This document shows, piece after piece, positions 7,396 through 15,653 of a DNA stretch of 31,638 nt (its first letter is position 1; each line of letters begins with the position of its first letter). The stretch lies in NCBI GenBank assembly GCA_964420755.1, contig CAYQUY010000001.1:1-31638 (forward strand). Reading direction: 5' to 3'. This DNA is from an uncultured Anaerolineaceae bacterium. GTDB lineage: Bacteria; Chloroflexota; Anaerolineae; Anaerolineales; E44-bin32. A program made the translations under genes and the position numbers. Under the pieces are notes generated by a model, which was given only the letters and a program-made list of their open reading frames with translations, did not search any database and was not told the origin of the DNA.

Positions 7396-7462
7396 CAGTA
7401 ACGCCCGGGGGCTCGGATGTGGCAGCAGAGTGGGAGGGATGTGGGAGGAATGTGGGAACGAT
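7396..7462 (-). mobile_element. Array boundary: attI-like site or right half of an attC, with 11-bp phased repeats (site C)
   Basis: Minus strand ...CCGAGC-CCCCGGGC-GTTACTG (7402-7396) has the same GAGC-8nt-GTT geometry as site B but no R''/L'' arm. It is preceded by GTGGGAGGGAT / GTGGGAGGAAT / GTGGGAACGAT (7430-7462) and degenerate units at 7419-7429 and 7408-7418. Alternative core GTTAAGT at 7345-7339. Confidence 0.5.
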
Positions 7463-7497
7463 GCTGGAGCGGTGTGATCCCCCTTGGGCACGCATTC

Positions 7498-7527
7498 ATT
7501 ATAGGTCTTAAGTGAGGCCCTCCGCAA
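7498..7527 (-). promoter_or_regulatory. Pc-like promoter reading into the cassette array
   Basis: TTGCGG (7527-7522)-N18-TATAAT (7503-7498); an imperfect inverted repeat cgca(a)caacg-cgcaac-cgttgtgcg (7523-7547) overlaps the -35. Confidence 0.6.
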
Positions 7528-7688
7528 CAACGCGCAACCGTTGTGCGTATTCGATATAGATAAGCTGCCGACCGCGCATCTTACTCTCCAGCATCGCCTT
7601 CGGCCGCCACTCGCCAGGCGCCACCCAGCCAAGCACACCCGCGGCGTACCCCGCCAGCCTGTACACCCCGTCATGCTGCGGAGGCCGC

Positions 7689-9152
7689 TCATTCAGTCCT
7701 CGCCTCCTCCTCTCCCACCCACACCCATCGCCCCGGCCGGGGCGCCGACACGGGCGAGTGACGCCGCAAGTAGGCCTCCAGCACCTGGAAGAGCATCGCC
7801 GACCCCTCGCGAAGAGTCCTCCGACCCTCCTCCACCGTCAGATAGCCTAGCCCCGGATGGACCTCGACACCCGTGTGGGCCACACGGTAGATCTTGTCCG
7901 GATCTAGCGCTTCCCCGCGCACCCTCACCCGCCTAACCCGTCGGCCGGCCGCCGCACCGGGGTCGTACTCCACGGCAAGACCGCTGATCTGCGGGATTCC
8001 GGGAGGCTGCCCCCCTCTCTCAAGCCGTCGGCCCTTGCTGATGGCGGGATCCAGACCCCGTTCCAGCGCAGCCAGAAGCTGCTCGCCGCGCACCTCAGAG
8101 AGGAACGGCCTGGCGGACGAGAGACAGACGGCCTCGAGCTGCCCCAGGGTCACGCCCCCTGCCGACAGCCCCGATCGAAGAACCCCACTGGAAAGCATCG
8201 CCGCCTCGGCGCCAAACCACTCGCACAGCGCGTCGGCGGCCGCACTCCCCAGGCTGCACTCCCTCTCGTAGTGGATACCTAGGGGCGAGACCAGCACGCC
8301 CACGGGTTGCGCCATCAACCTCTCGGCCTCTTGCTCGGCCGAAGCGACCGCAACCATCACGAGCGGGTCGGGAGCTTCGTCCTCGGGCACATCCAGCAGC
8401 CGGGCCGCTCTCTCCAGCACCTGGCCGGTCTCAGGATCGAGGGTCAGGTCCACCCGGCCCAAGGACTCCGCATACTCGCCCGCCTGGACGATGAGAGCAC
8501 CGTTTCTCTCCTCCCCAGATGGGAGGCGGTCGTGCGAGTGAGCACCAATGATGACATCGACGCCCCTCACCTCATCCGCCAGCCGCCGGTCATCGGCCAA
8601 GCCGAGATGCGAGAGTACGAGGATCGGCCCTGCCCCCTGCTCCCGCAGCTTCTGGACCAGGTCGCATGCGACCTGGCGGAAATCCAGGAAGCGGAGGCTG
8701 ACGGGCCCGTATAGACCGCTGCACGGGCAGGTGAGGCCGACGACTCCCATCTTGAGCTGGTCGGCGATTGGGATGAGCACGAACTCCTGAAGACCTGCAG
8801 GGAGCCGGCCGCCGCCATCGAGCAAGTTGGCGCCCAGGATGGGGAAGCAGGCCCGGCAAGCCACGGCCGAAATCGCCTGCGGCCCATACATGGCCGTGAC
8901 GGTGTTTCCGATGGCCTTGAGCGAGTAGCCCATCGCCTCCAGGATGGACGAGAGCCCCGCGCCTCGCGTCATGCTCGAGATCGGACCCTGGCCGGCGATG
9001 GCGTCACCCGCATCCCACAGCAAAACACGCCTTCCCTCGGCCTCCGCCCGGGTCCGTGTCTTCCGGGCAAACGAGGCCAGACGCGCCATCGCCTCCAACC
9101 GGCCGTGCATGTCGTTCGTATGCAGAATCGTCAGCCGGAGGGGGTCAGCCAC
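7689..9152 (-). CDS. Bifunctional metallophosphatase / 5'-nucleotidase
   Basis: LTILHTNDMHG, DAGD, GN, VLSHLG, IIGAHSH and QAGEY motifs plus a 5'-nucleotidase C-terminal domain; GTG at 9152 preferred; no signal peptide. Confidence 0.9.
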   Translation of the reverse strand: MADPLRLTILHTNDMHGRLEAMARLASFARKTRTRAEAEGRRVLLWDAGDAIAGQGPISSMTRGAGLSSILEAMGYSLKAIGNTVTAMYGPQAISAVACRACFPILGANLLDGGGRLPAGLQEFVLIPIADQLKMGVVGLTCPCSGLYGPVSLRFLDFRQVACDLVQKLREQGAGPILVLSHLGLADDRRLADEVRGVDVIIGAHSHDRLPSGEERNGALIVQAGEYAESLGRVDLTLDPETGQVLERAARLLDVPEDEAPDPLVMVAVASAEQEAERLMAQPVGVLVSPLGIHYERECSLGSAAADALCEWFGAEAAMLSSGVLRSGLSAGGVTLGQLEAVCLSSARPFLSEVRGEQLLAALERGLDPAISKGRRLERGGQPPGIPQISGLAVEYDPGAAAGRRVRRVRVRGEALDPDKIYRVAHTGVEVHPGLGYLTVEEGRRTLREGSAMLFQVLEAYLRRHSPVSAPRPGRWVWVGEEEARTE

Positions 9153-9313
9153 ACGTTCCGTCCTGGGAGGTTTCAAGCCCATCCACGCGCGAGCACTCCG
9201 CGAGTCGCCGATGGGGGCAACCATCGCCACGCCCTTTGCGCGGCGGACTCCGTCTGCGTGCTTCTCACGGCCCAACCCGGCCCTGGCATTGGCCACAGCC
9301 CCTCGGGCTTCGC

Positions 9314-9490
9314 TCAGAATGGCAGCCTCCCCAGAAAGTCCCCCACCCGCGAGACGATGGCCATGGCCGGCCCGGCGGCCGAGTGCACGATGAGAAAAAC
9401 CCTCATCGCCACCAACGAGATCGACACGGGCAGCAGCATCTTGTAGATGACCTCATCCATATCGCGCGCGGCGGCAATTTGGTGTGTCAT
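9314..9490 (-). CDS. 58-aa small hydrophobic protein (not in ORF track)
   Basis: MTHQIAAARDMDEVIYKMLLPVSISLVAMRVFLIVHSAAGPAMAIVSRVGDFLGRLPF*, preceded by AAGAAGGGAG-CACCTC-ATG. Confidence 0.6.
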   Translation of the reverse strand: MTHQIAAARDMDEVIYKMLLPVSISLVAMRVFLIVHSAAGPAMAIVSRVGDFLGRLPF

Positions 9491-9825
9491 GAGGTGCTCC
9501 CTTCTTGAGAAGATGTTCTGCCGCTCGTGGGTCTCTGCATCAGCCTGTCGAAGACGCCTTCGCCAGCGAGATCGCTGCCCTCACAGGGTTCCTTCAACAC
9601 ACTCCCGGTAGAGTTTGCGCTCCCGTCACGTCCATGGCACAATGTCGAAGATTGTCGGGAAATGCCACCACCAGGGGGAAGATTCCCATTCCTCTCCTGA
9701 GCCTGCCTCGAAATCCTGAATGCCGCTCGCCTGCGCAGGTGGCCTGCCTCACCTTGCCTTTCGCGCAAGTACCACCGCTCTCCGATCTCAACCCTGGCGA
9801 GCGGAGATACTGCCTGAGCAGCTAG

Positions 9826-11082
9826 ATGACCAGCATGCCCCACACGACGGAGCCGGCCAAGAGAACCCACGCCAACGCCCAGCTGGGTCTCTTCCTGACC
9901 GCGATGTTCTTCGTCGAAGCCTCCCGCAGCATGACGACGGTCCAGGTGCCTGTCTACCTGCGCGAGCTGGGCGCCGACATCCGTCAGATCGGGCTGTTCT
10001 TCACCCTCTCGCTGATCTTCCCGCTCCTGCTTCGCGTGTTTGGCGGGTGGGTTTCCGACTCGATCGGCCGCCTGAAGGCCATGCTTATCGGCAGCCTCGC
10101 CGGGGTGCTCACCTATGTGGCCTTCGCCGTCTCGGCGAGTTGGCAGATGGCGATTCTGGCCCCCGCCCTCCTGGCCGTGGCGACAGCCCTCACCATCCCT
10201 TCCTATTACGCTTACATTGCCGACCATACCAGCGACACCAACCGTGGCCGGGTGTACGGCCTGGCGGAGACCGCCCGCACCTTGGCCTGGATCTTCAGCC
10301 CTCCGTTTGGGGGCATGGTTGGGCAGAGGCTGGGGTATCGCTGGATGTTCGCCGCAGCCGCCCTGACCGCCGCCTTGGCTGGTCTCATCTTCCTGGTGGT
10401 GCAGCGCGCCACACGCCTGCAGCAGTCGGGGCCCCAGGCAAAGGCCGATCTGGCTTCGCTGCGCAGCTCCCTGGGCCAGATGTTCACCCTCGCCATATCC
10501 GGTGGTCTGATCACGTGGCTCCTTATCACCGACGGGATCAGGGACAGCGCCATGAGGCTGTCGTTCGATCTGATGCCCGTCTACCTCACCGACATCGCCG
10601 CCCTCACCAAGCAACAGATCGGTCTGCTGGATGGCATCTTTGGCATCGCCTGGGTCGCCACCAGCTATCCGGCCGGTTGGCTCGTCGACAAGACTAGCGA
10701 ACGGCTCTGCATTGTCCTGGGGACCCTGATTCAACTCGCCTCCCAGGTCGTCTTTGTGCTGGCCGCGAGCTTCCAGGGATTCGCTGCTTCGTGGATCCTG
10801 CTGGGGGTCGGCGGGGCGCTCCTTGAACCAGCCTTCAGTTCCCTCGTCGCCAGAGGGGTTCCGAAAGAAGTCCGAGGCATCGTGTACGGCCTGCTGGCCA
10901 CCAGCCTGGGCCTGGTCACCCTGCCCTTCCCGTGGATCGGGGGCCAGCTGTGGGGACTCCTCGGCCCCAGGGCGCCCTTCATCATCACCGTAGCTGCCGG
11001 CAGCCTGACCATCCTTCCGGCGTGGAGAAAGCTGGTCGTCCCGCCCAGAGAAGCCGCGGCTGAGGCAAGGGCCGAGGGCTGA
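9826..11082 (+). CDS. MFS transporter
   Basis: About 12 TM segments; motif A-like GGWVSDSIGRLK and AGWLVDKTSER. Confidence 0.9.
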   Translation: MTSMPHTTEPAKRTHANAQLGLFLTAMFFVEASRSMTTVQVPVYLRELGADIRQIGLFFTLSLIFPLLLRVFGGWVSDSIGRLKAMLIGSLAGVLTYVAFAVSASWQMAILAPALLAVATALTIPSYYAYIADHTSDTNRGRVYGLAETARTLAWIFSPPFGGMVGQRLGYRWMFAAAALTAALAGLIFLVVQRATRLQQSGPQAKADLASLRSSLGQMFTLAISGGLITWLLITDGIRDSAMRLSFDLMPVYLTDIAALTKQQIGLLDGIFGIAWVATSYPAGWLVDKTSERLCIVLGTLIQLASQVVFVLAASFQGFAASWILLGVGGALLEPAFSSLVARGVPKEVRGIVYGLLATSLGLVTLPFPWIGGQLWGLLGPRAPFIITVAAGSLTILPAWRKLVVPPREAAAEARAEG

Positions 11083-11240
11083 GACATCCATTCGCTCACC
11101 GGTCCGCATCCGGCGACGCCCTGCCAGGAACACAGGCCCGACCCACGGCCAGGCGCGCCTGTGCTGGCCCACAAAGAAAGCGCCGTTGTTGCGGGCTGAC
11201 TCCCCCAAGTGCGTCGCTTGGCCTTTGCGGCGGATCGTGT

Positions 11241-11531
11241 TCATGCGGCCCGCTTTTCCCTCAGGCAGAATGGAGCCGATTGCAGTCCTTCGGCGGGACT
11301 TGGCACCTGCGAACGCAGCTTCGCCTCCTCCATGCTCTCGACATGCTGGTAGACACACTTCGCAAACTCCTCGAACGTGTCCACCCTCAGCGCGGTCAGA
11401 GCTTCACGCAGGCTGGGCGAGAAGTCATACTCGGCCAGGACCTCCCCGATCCGGCCCTCACGGAAAGCTTGTGCGACGCCAGGATCGATCGCGGACCTTC
11501 CCAGCAGTTGGTTAAGCGCCTTCATAGACAT
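11241..11531 (-). CDS. 96-aa protein with weak NHLP-clan/Os1348-like leader resemblance
   Basis: Strong RBS GAGGAGGTGCTCC-ATG; MSMKALNQLLGRSAIDPGVAQAF...LAEYDFSPSLREAL resembles the L-gR-xx-DP...Y-dL pattern of Nif11/Os1348-type leaders. ORF is solid, family call is tentative. Confidence 0.6.
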   Translation of the reverse strand: MSMKALNQLLGRSAIDPGVAQAFREGRIGEVLAEYDFSPSLREALTALRVDTFEEFAKCVYQHVESMEEAKLRSQVPSPAEGLQSAPFCLREKRAA

Positions 11532-11569
11532 GGAGCACCTCCTCATGCATTCGTTCTCTCTCCACCCAG

Positions 11570-11600
11570 AAAACCAAAGGCAGCGACTTTCATCGCTGCC
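11570..11600 (-). terminator. Rho-independent terminator between the 15-aa ORF and the 96-aa gene
   Basis: GGCAGCGA-TGAAAG-TCGCTGCC perfect 8-bp stem followed by TTTGGTTTT on the minus strand. Confidence 0.75.
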
Positions 11601-11647
11601 CCGGGGACAAGGTTGAGCCGGGATCAGTTGACTGCAGCAGACTCGGG

Positions 11648-11695
11648 CTAGTGTCCGCCGCCACCGGGCTCGTAGGGGCAACGAGTGCTGGCCAT
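11648..11695 (-). CDS. 15-aa peptide ORF MASTRCPYEPGGGGH (not in ORF track)
   Basis: GGAGG-TTGCG-ATG, 15 codons then TAG; the terminator stem begins 47 nt after the stop. Confidence 0.55.
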   Translation of the reverse strand: MASTRCPYEPGGGGH

Positions 11696-12077
11696 CGCAA
11701 CCTCCGTGTGATTTGTGCCCACTCAGTAGGAGACTACTACACCAACCCTCAAGATTCCCTTAGCTTCGGGGAACAGGGAGACGATTGAAGACTGACCCGG
11801 CTCCAGTTGCTGCATCCACAGTCGAGCAGGAGCGTGGCTTTCCGGAACCCAGGAGGTTGCTGGGGAAGTCTTGCGTGTGGAGAGGGATCTGTGCGCCCGA
11901 GGGTTAGGGCAGGGCCTCAGCCACCCCGGATGTGGTCCTCCCCGTCTTTCGTCACACCTTCTCGGGAGGATGGGCTAGTCAACAGTCACCTCGGTTGGGT
12001 GCTGAAAGGCCCTCTATCTGAGAGAGGATGGGACCCCGCTGTGCAGATGCGGAGGAGATGCCGGGAAGCGGCGAGGA

Positions 12078-15000
12078 TCAACGGATCAGTCGGGCATACG
12101 CCTCGCGGAGAGGTTCGGGGGGATCCAGGCCGAGCTCATCCGCCAACCGGTGGACGTACTGGCGGTAGTGCCCCACCGCCTCGCTTCTACGCCCCAATTG
12201 CCCCAGGACCTCGAGGTAGTGCAGGTTGAGGTCATCCCGAAGTGGATCGATCTGCAAAGCCTGACGAAAGCTGTTGACAGCCTGCTGCGGCTGCCCGCGC
12301 GCCAGCGCTTCATCGGCATGGTGCGTGAGAAGCTGGAGGAAATCTCCCTCCAGCTGGCGGCGCCGCTCCACAACCCACTCCGAGGCATACTCAGGCAGAA
12401 AGCTGCCACCGCACACGTTAACCGCCTCGGTCAGCGCAAAGAACCGGCGCGGGTCACCCGGCGGCATCGCCATGGCCACACTGGAAGCGTGCTCGAACTC
12501 GGCCACATCGTACTCGATCGCGTACTCTGGGTTGACCGCATAGACCGAGCCCTCGATGCGGATCATGTCCTTTGACAGGGCCCGACGGAGACTGTGGATC
12601 GCGGTGTACAGGCTTGAGACCTGGCGGCCAGGCGGGGATTCGAGCCAGAAGGTCTCTAGGAGCACGTCGCGTTCAACCTCCTTCCGATCCGTCAGGAAGA
12701 AGAGAACCTGCTTCGGAAGGGGTTCGAGGTCGGACACGCGCCTGCCCTCAAACCGAAGCTCTGAAGGCCCGAAGGCTTTCACCAGAAGGTGCCGCTTCTT
12801 ACTGGGCATCTCGGACTTCTCTTCATACATCCGCGCCATGGCGCGCATGATATCGACCCGCTGGAGGACCACCGCAAGGTGGGGACTCCCCTCGAAGTCC
12901 TGGCGAGCAAACTCGCGCATGCCCTCGTGGTACATCATCTCCCCGCCGAGGAACTGCTCCACGCCGTGGCTCCGTGCCCATGCCAACGCTTCCTCCAGGT
13001 GGCCGCGGGCCTCCTCCCGGTTTCCGGTAGCCAGAGCGGCCTGTGCCAGGAAGTACAGGATCAGAGCCTTCTCGCTCGCGCGCAGCCCGCCCTGCTTCTG
13101 CCGCAGAATCTCCATCAGCCTGAGCGTGGCGCTCGAGGGGGAGGCAGCGATGGACAGGGCCGCCAGTTGGATGTCCACCGCAGCCGGGCGTTCCTTTGCG
13201 CTGTCGAGTGCCCTGGCCCGCTCCAGCCACTCGTGCGGCAGGGTGCCTGTGCCGCAGCGACGATGGAGGACGCTCGTCTGGGTGTAGCCATATCGCAGGA
13301 GGTCGACACTGCCCAGGCGCGCCGCCAGCCTCAGACCCTGCTCATAAAGCGCGGCGGTCTGAAACGGGAGACCCAGGTCGCAGAACAGGTCCGCCTGGCC
13401 AAATAGAATGCTAGCTTCGAGACGTAGGTTTGCAGCCCGATGGGCGCACTCAAGTCCCTCCTCGAACATTCGAAGCGCGTGGTCGTAACGCCCCTCAAGG
13501 TAGGCTGTCATCGCAAGGTTATTGAACGAGATGGCTAGTGGAAAGGGCGATCCAATCTGGGCCAGGATCTCATGCGCCCTCAAGTTTGCGGCCTGGACTT
13601 CCAGCGGCTTGCCGAGGGCGCTCTGGATCGGCAGCAGATCGTTGAGGACTAGAGCCAGTGTGAAGCGATCATTGGCCCGCTCCAAGAGCCTGACCGCCCG
13701 CAAGATGAGCCGTTCCGCCTCCTGGACATCTCCTCCCGACGCGTAGATGGCCCGTCCTTTCAACCGGAGGCACGTGGCTCTACGCGCCAGATTCCCACTC
13801 CGCGGTAGCAGTCGCTCTGCCTCCCCCGCTGCCTGTATCACCTCCTCATTGCGTCCTCGCTGAAGCGCAATGAGACCTCGAACGGTCCAAGCTCGGGCCC
13901 ACATGGCAGGATTCGACTTCCCTCGCCGAAGCATGTCGAAGGCCTTCCCCGCAGCCTCGTCGGCCTTGTCCAGGTTAGCCTGGTCTGCGTAGGTTGTCGC
14001 AAGGTAGAGGAACAGACCAGGCGCTGCCACGCCCGCCTCATCGAGGCGGCTCCCCCAAACCTCGAGCGTCTGCGTCCTCCCCCGTTCGAACATCGCTGGC
14101 GCCTCCCTCTCCGCCAGTGCAGCAGCGCGCCGGGGCGCGCCTGCCGCCAGGTACAGCTCGACAGCCTCCTCCGGAGAGCCGTGGCCCGCTAGGTACCGAG
14201 CGGCCCGAATCCGCAGGGACCGCAGACGCTTCGGATCCTTGCCCGCCAGGGTTTCGATCAGGAACTGACGGAGTTGAGGGTGGTATTCGAACGTCCTCGG
14301 GACCTGGTCGGTGGCGACCACGAATAGCCCGTCGCGCAGAAGACGGGCCAGAAAGCGCTGGCTGTCCTGGCGTTGGAGGACGCAGTCGCAGCCCTCCACG
14401 GTCATCACCGGCAGCACAGACGATTCCAGCGTGAAGCGGTACACATCGTCCGGCAGATGCCCAAGGACCACCGCCGCCAGGTACTCGTAGACCATCGGCC
14501 GGGTCCGCTGCGCCAGGACCTCCGAGCCCGTACCCGACATCGTGGCCGAGAGGAGGATTCCGGAGATCCAGCCCTGAGTCTCCCGCAGCAATCGCGCGGT
14601 TTCGGCCTCCGGGAGCTCGGCGCCCAGCCGCTTCCGGGCAAGGGCCCTGAGCTCGTCGCTGGTGAGGGCCAGATCGTTTGGGCCGATGCCAGCCATCTCG
14701 GCATCGACGACCAGCTTGGCCAGCGACAACTCGGGCAGCTGCCTACCCGCCGCCAGAAGGGTCACATGGCTGGGCTGCTCCTGCAGGAACGCGTTGAAGA
14801 ACGCCATCACCGCATCGGAGGGATTCACCCGGTGCAAGTCATCGAGTGCAATGACGAATGGCTCGCTGATCCGGGACTCGATGACGTCGACGAAGGCCCG
14901 GGCCAGGGCCTCGGGCGCGGCCCCCGAAAGGGCTGCCAGGTCCGGCTGCCCCCGAAGGCGGCGGAAGCGCTTCTGCAGCGAGGCGGCCAGCACGCTGGCC

Positions 15001-15239
15001 AGGCGCATCACGTCGCAGTCCGCCTCAGTCAGCCGAACCCAGCATACCGGCAAATCGGTGTGCGCCCCAAAGTCCGCCAGAAGGGTGCTCTTGCCGTAAC
15101 CCGGCGGAGCAATGACCACAATCAGCTTGCGGGGAAGATTGGCGTGGATTTGATCGACGAGCCGTTCCCGGTGGAGTTTCGTCCGATCAAAGGTGAGTGG
15201 GCCGATGGCGTGCCCGAACTGCGAAGTTGGTGAGGCCAT
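12078..15239 (-). CDS. MalT-like STAND ATPase-TPR-wHTH/BTAD (SARP-type) transcriptional regulator
   Basis: RERLVDQI...VVIAPPGYGKSTLL Walker A, IALDDLH Walker B, FEYHPQLRQFL, TPR-like repeats, and C-terminal VKAFG...DVAEFE...FLPEYASEWVVERR...DPLRDDL BTAD pattern. Confidence 0.9.
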   Translation of the reverse strand: MASPTSQFGHAIGPLTFDRTKLHRERLVDQIHANLPRKLIVVIAPPGYGKSTLLADFGAHTDLPVCWVRLTEADCDVMRLASVLAASLQKRFRRLRGQPDLAALSGAAPEALARAFVDVIESRISEPFVIALDDLHRVNPSDAVMAFFNAFLQEQPSHVTLLAAGRQLPELSLAKLVVDAEMAGIGPNDLALTSDELRALARKRLGAELPEAETARLLRETQGWISGILLSATMSGTGSEVLAQRTRPMVYEYLAAVVLGHLPDDVYRFTLESSVLPVMTVEGCDCVLQRQDSQRFLARLLRDGLFVVATDQVPRTFEYHPQLRQFLIETLAGKDPKRLRSLRIRAARYLAGHGSPEEAVELYLAAGAPRRAAALAEREAPAMFERGRTQTLEVWGSRLDEAGVAAPGLFLYLATTYADQANLDKADEAAGKAFDMLRRGKSNPAMWARAWTVRGLIALQRGRNEEVIQAAGEAERLLPRSGNLARRATCLRLKGRAIYASGGDVQEAERLILRAVRLLERANDRFTLALVLNDLLPIQSALGKPLEVQAANLRAHEILAQIGSPFPLAISFNNLAMTAYLEGRYDHALRMFEEGLECAHRAANLRLEASILFGQADLFCDLGLPFQTAALYEQGLRLAARLGSVDLLRYGYTQTSVLHRRCGTGTLPHEWLERARALDSAKERPAAVDIQLAALSIAASPSSATLRLMEILRQKQGGLRASEKALILYFLAQAALATGNREEARGHLEEALAWARSHGVEQFLGGEMMYHEGMREFARQDFEGSPHLAVVLQRVDIMRAMARMYEEKSEMPSKKRHLLVKAFGPSELRFEGRRVSDLEPLPKQVLFFLTDRKEVERDVLLETFWLESPPGRQVSSLYTAIHSLRRALSKDMIRIEGSVYAVNPEYAIEYDVAEFEHASSVAMAMPPGDPRRFFALTEAVNVCGGSFLPEYASEWVVERRRQLEGDFLQLLTHHADEALARGQPQQAVNSFRQALQIDPLRDDLNLHYLEVLGQLGRRSEAVGHYRQYVHRLADELGLDPPEPLREAYARLIR

Positions 15240-15410
15240 TGCACGATCTGTCCCGTCCTCTGCCTGCGGGACATCCGATGAAGAAGGACCTGCAATGGGG
15301 CAGCGCAGACCGGTAGGCTGCCCCCTGAAAGTATAGCCTCCGTGTCTGCACCCGCAACCTTTCAGTCGACTGACAGTTGCCGCAATCCCGCTCAGAGAAA
15401 CCGCCGGAAA

Positions 15411-15440
15411 TGGACAAAGCCTACCATTTTATGCTAGTGT
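15411..15440 (+). promoter_or_regulatory. Candidate promoter upstream of the permease remnant / ROK gene
   Basis: TGGACA-N18-TAGTGT with an extended -10 TG-C. Confidence 0.35.
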
Positions 15441-15491
15441 TCTGTTGAGATGCCCATGACACCTTCGCCAAATCCTCCGATCCGGGGACAG

Positions 15492-15653
15492 CTCCTGCCG
15501 CTTGGGCTCGCCATGCTGAATATGAAGAACACCTCCAACTGAGGCCAGACAATGACGGGCACTATCCTGATCTCCCTGCCCGTGATCGCCGTCATCCTGC
15601 CCATGCAGCGGCGGTTGATCGCCGGCGTGACCGCCGGAGCGGTGAAGGAATGA
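15492..15653 (+). pseudogene. C-terminal remnant of a MalG-type carbohydrate ABC permease
   Basis: LLPLGLAMLNMKNTSN*GQTMTGTILISLPVIAVILPMQRRLIAGVTAGAVKE* matches the MalG C-terminus (LPvGL...NWG.lMA...SLP...Q+.fi.G.tAGAVK); in-frame TGA at 15540-42 where Trp is expected; its stop overlaps the ROK start (ATGA). Confidence 0.8.

Noticed and set aside
7345-7692. 115-aa minus ORF starting at the nucleotidase stop
   Set aside because: Runs through the promoter, repeats and boundary site; low-complexity translation with no motif.
7541-7936. + strand ORF containing GVPRQPVHPVMLRR (7661-7684 for VHPVMLRR), reminiscent of the tyrosine recombinase H-x-L-R-H box, divergent from the attI-like site
   Set aside because: Both catalytic His positions are absent, the motif is only ~40 codons into the ORF, nothing else resembles IntI, and the rest is antisense to the nucleotidase. 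Kept only as something a tBLASTn with IntI could test.
9487-11358. 623-aa minus-strand ORF; likewise 3798-4979 (+), 15434-16609 (-) and 20667-21545 (+)
   Set aside because: Shadow frames antisense to well-supported genes in GC-rich DNA; no recognisable motifs.
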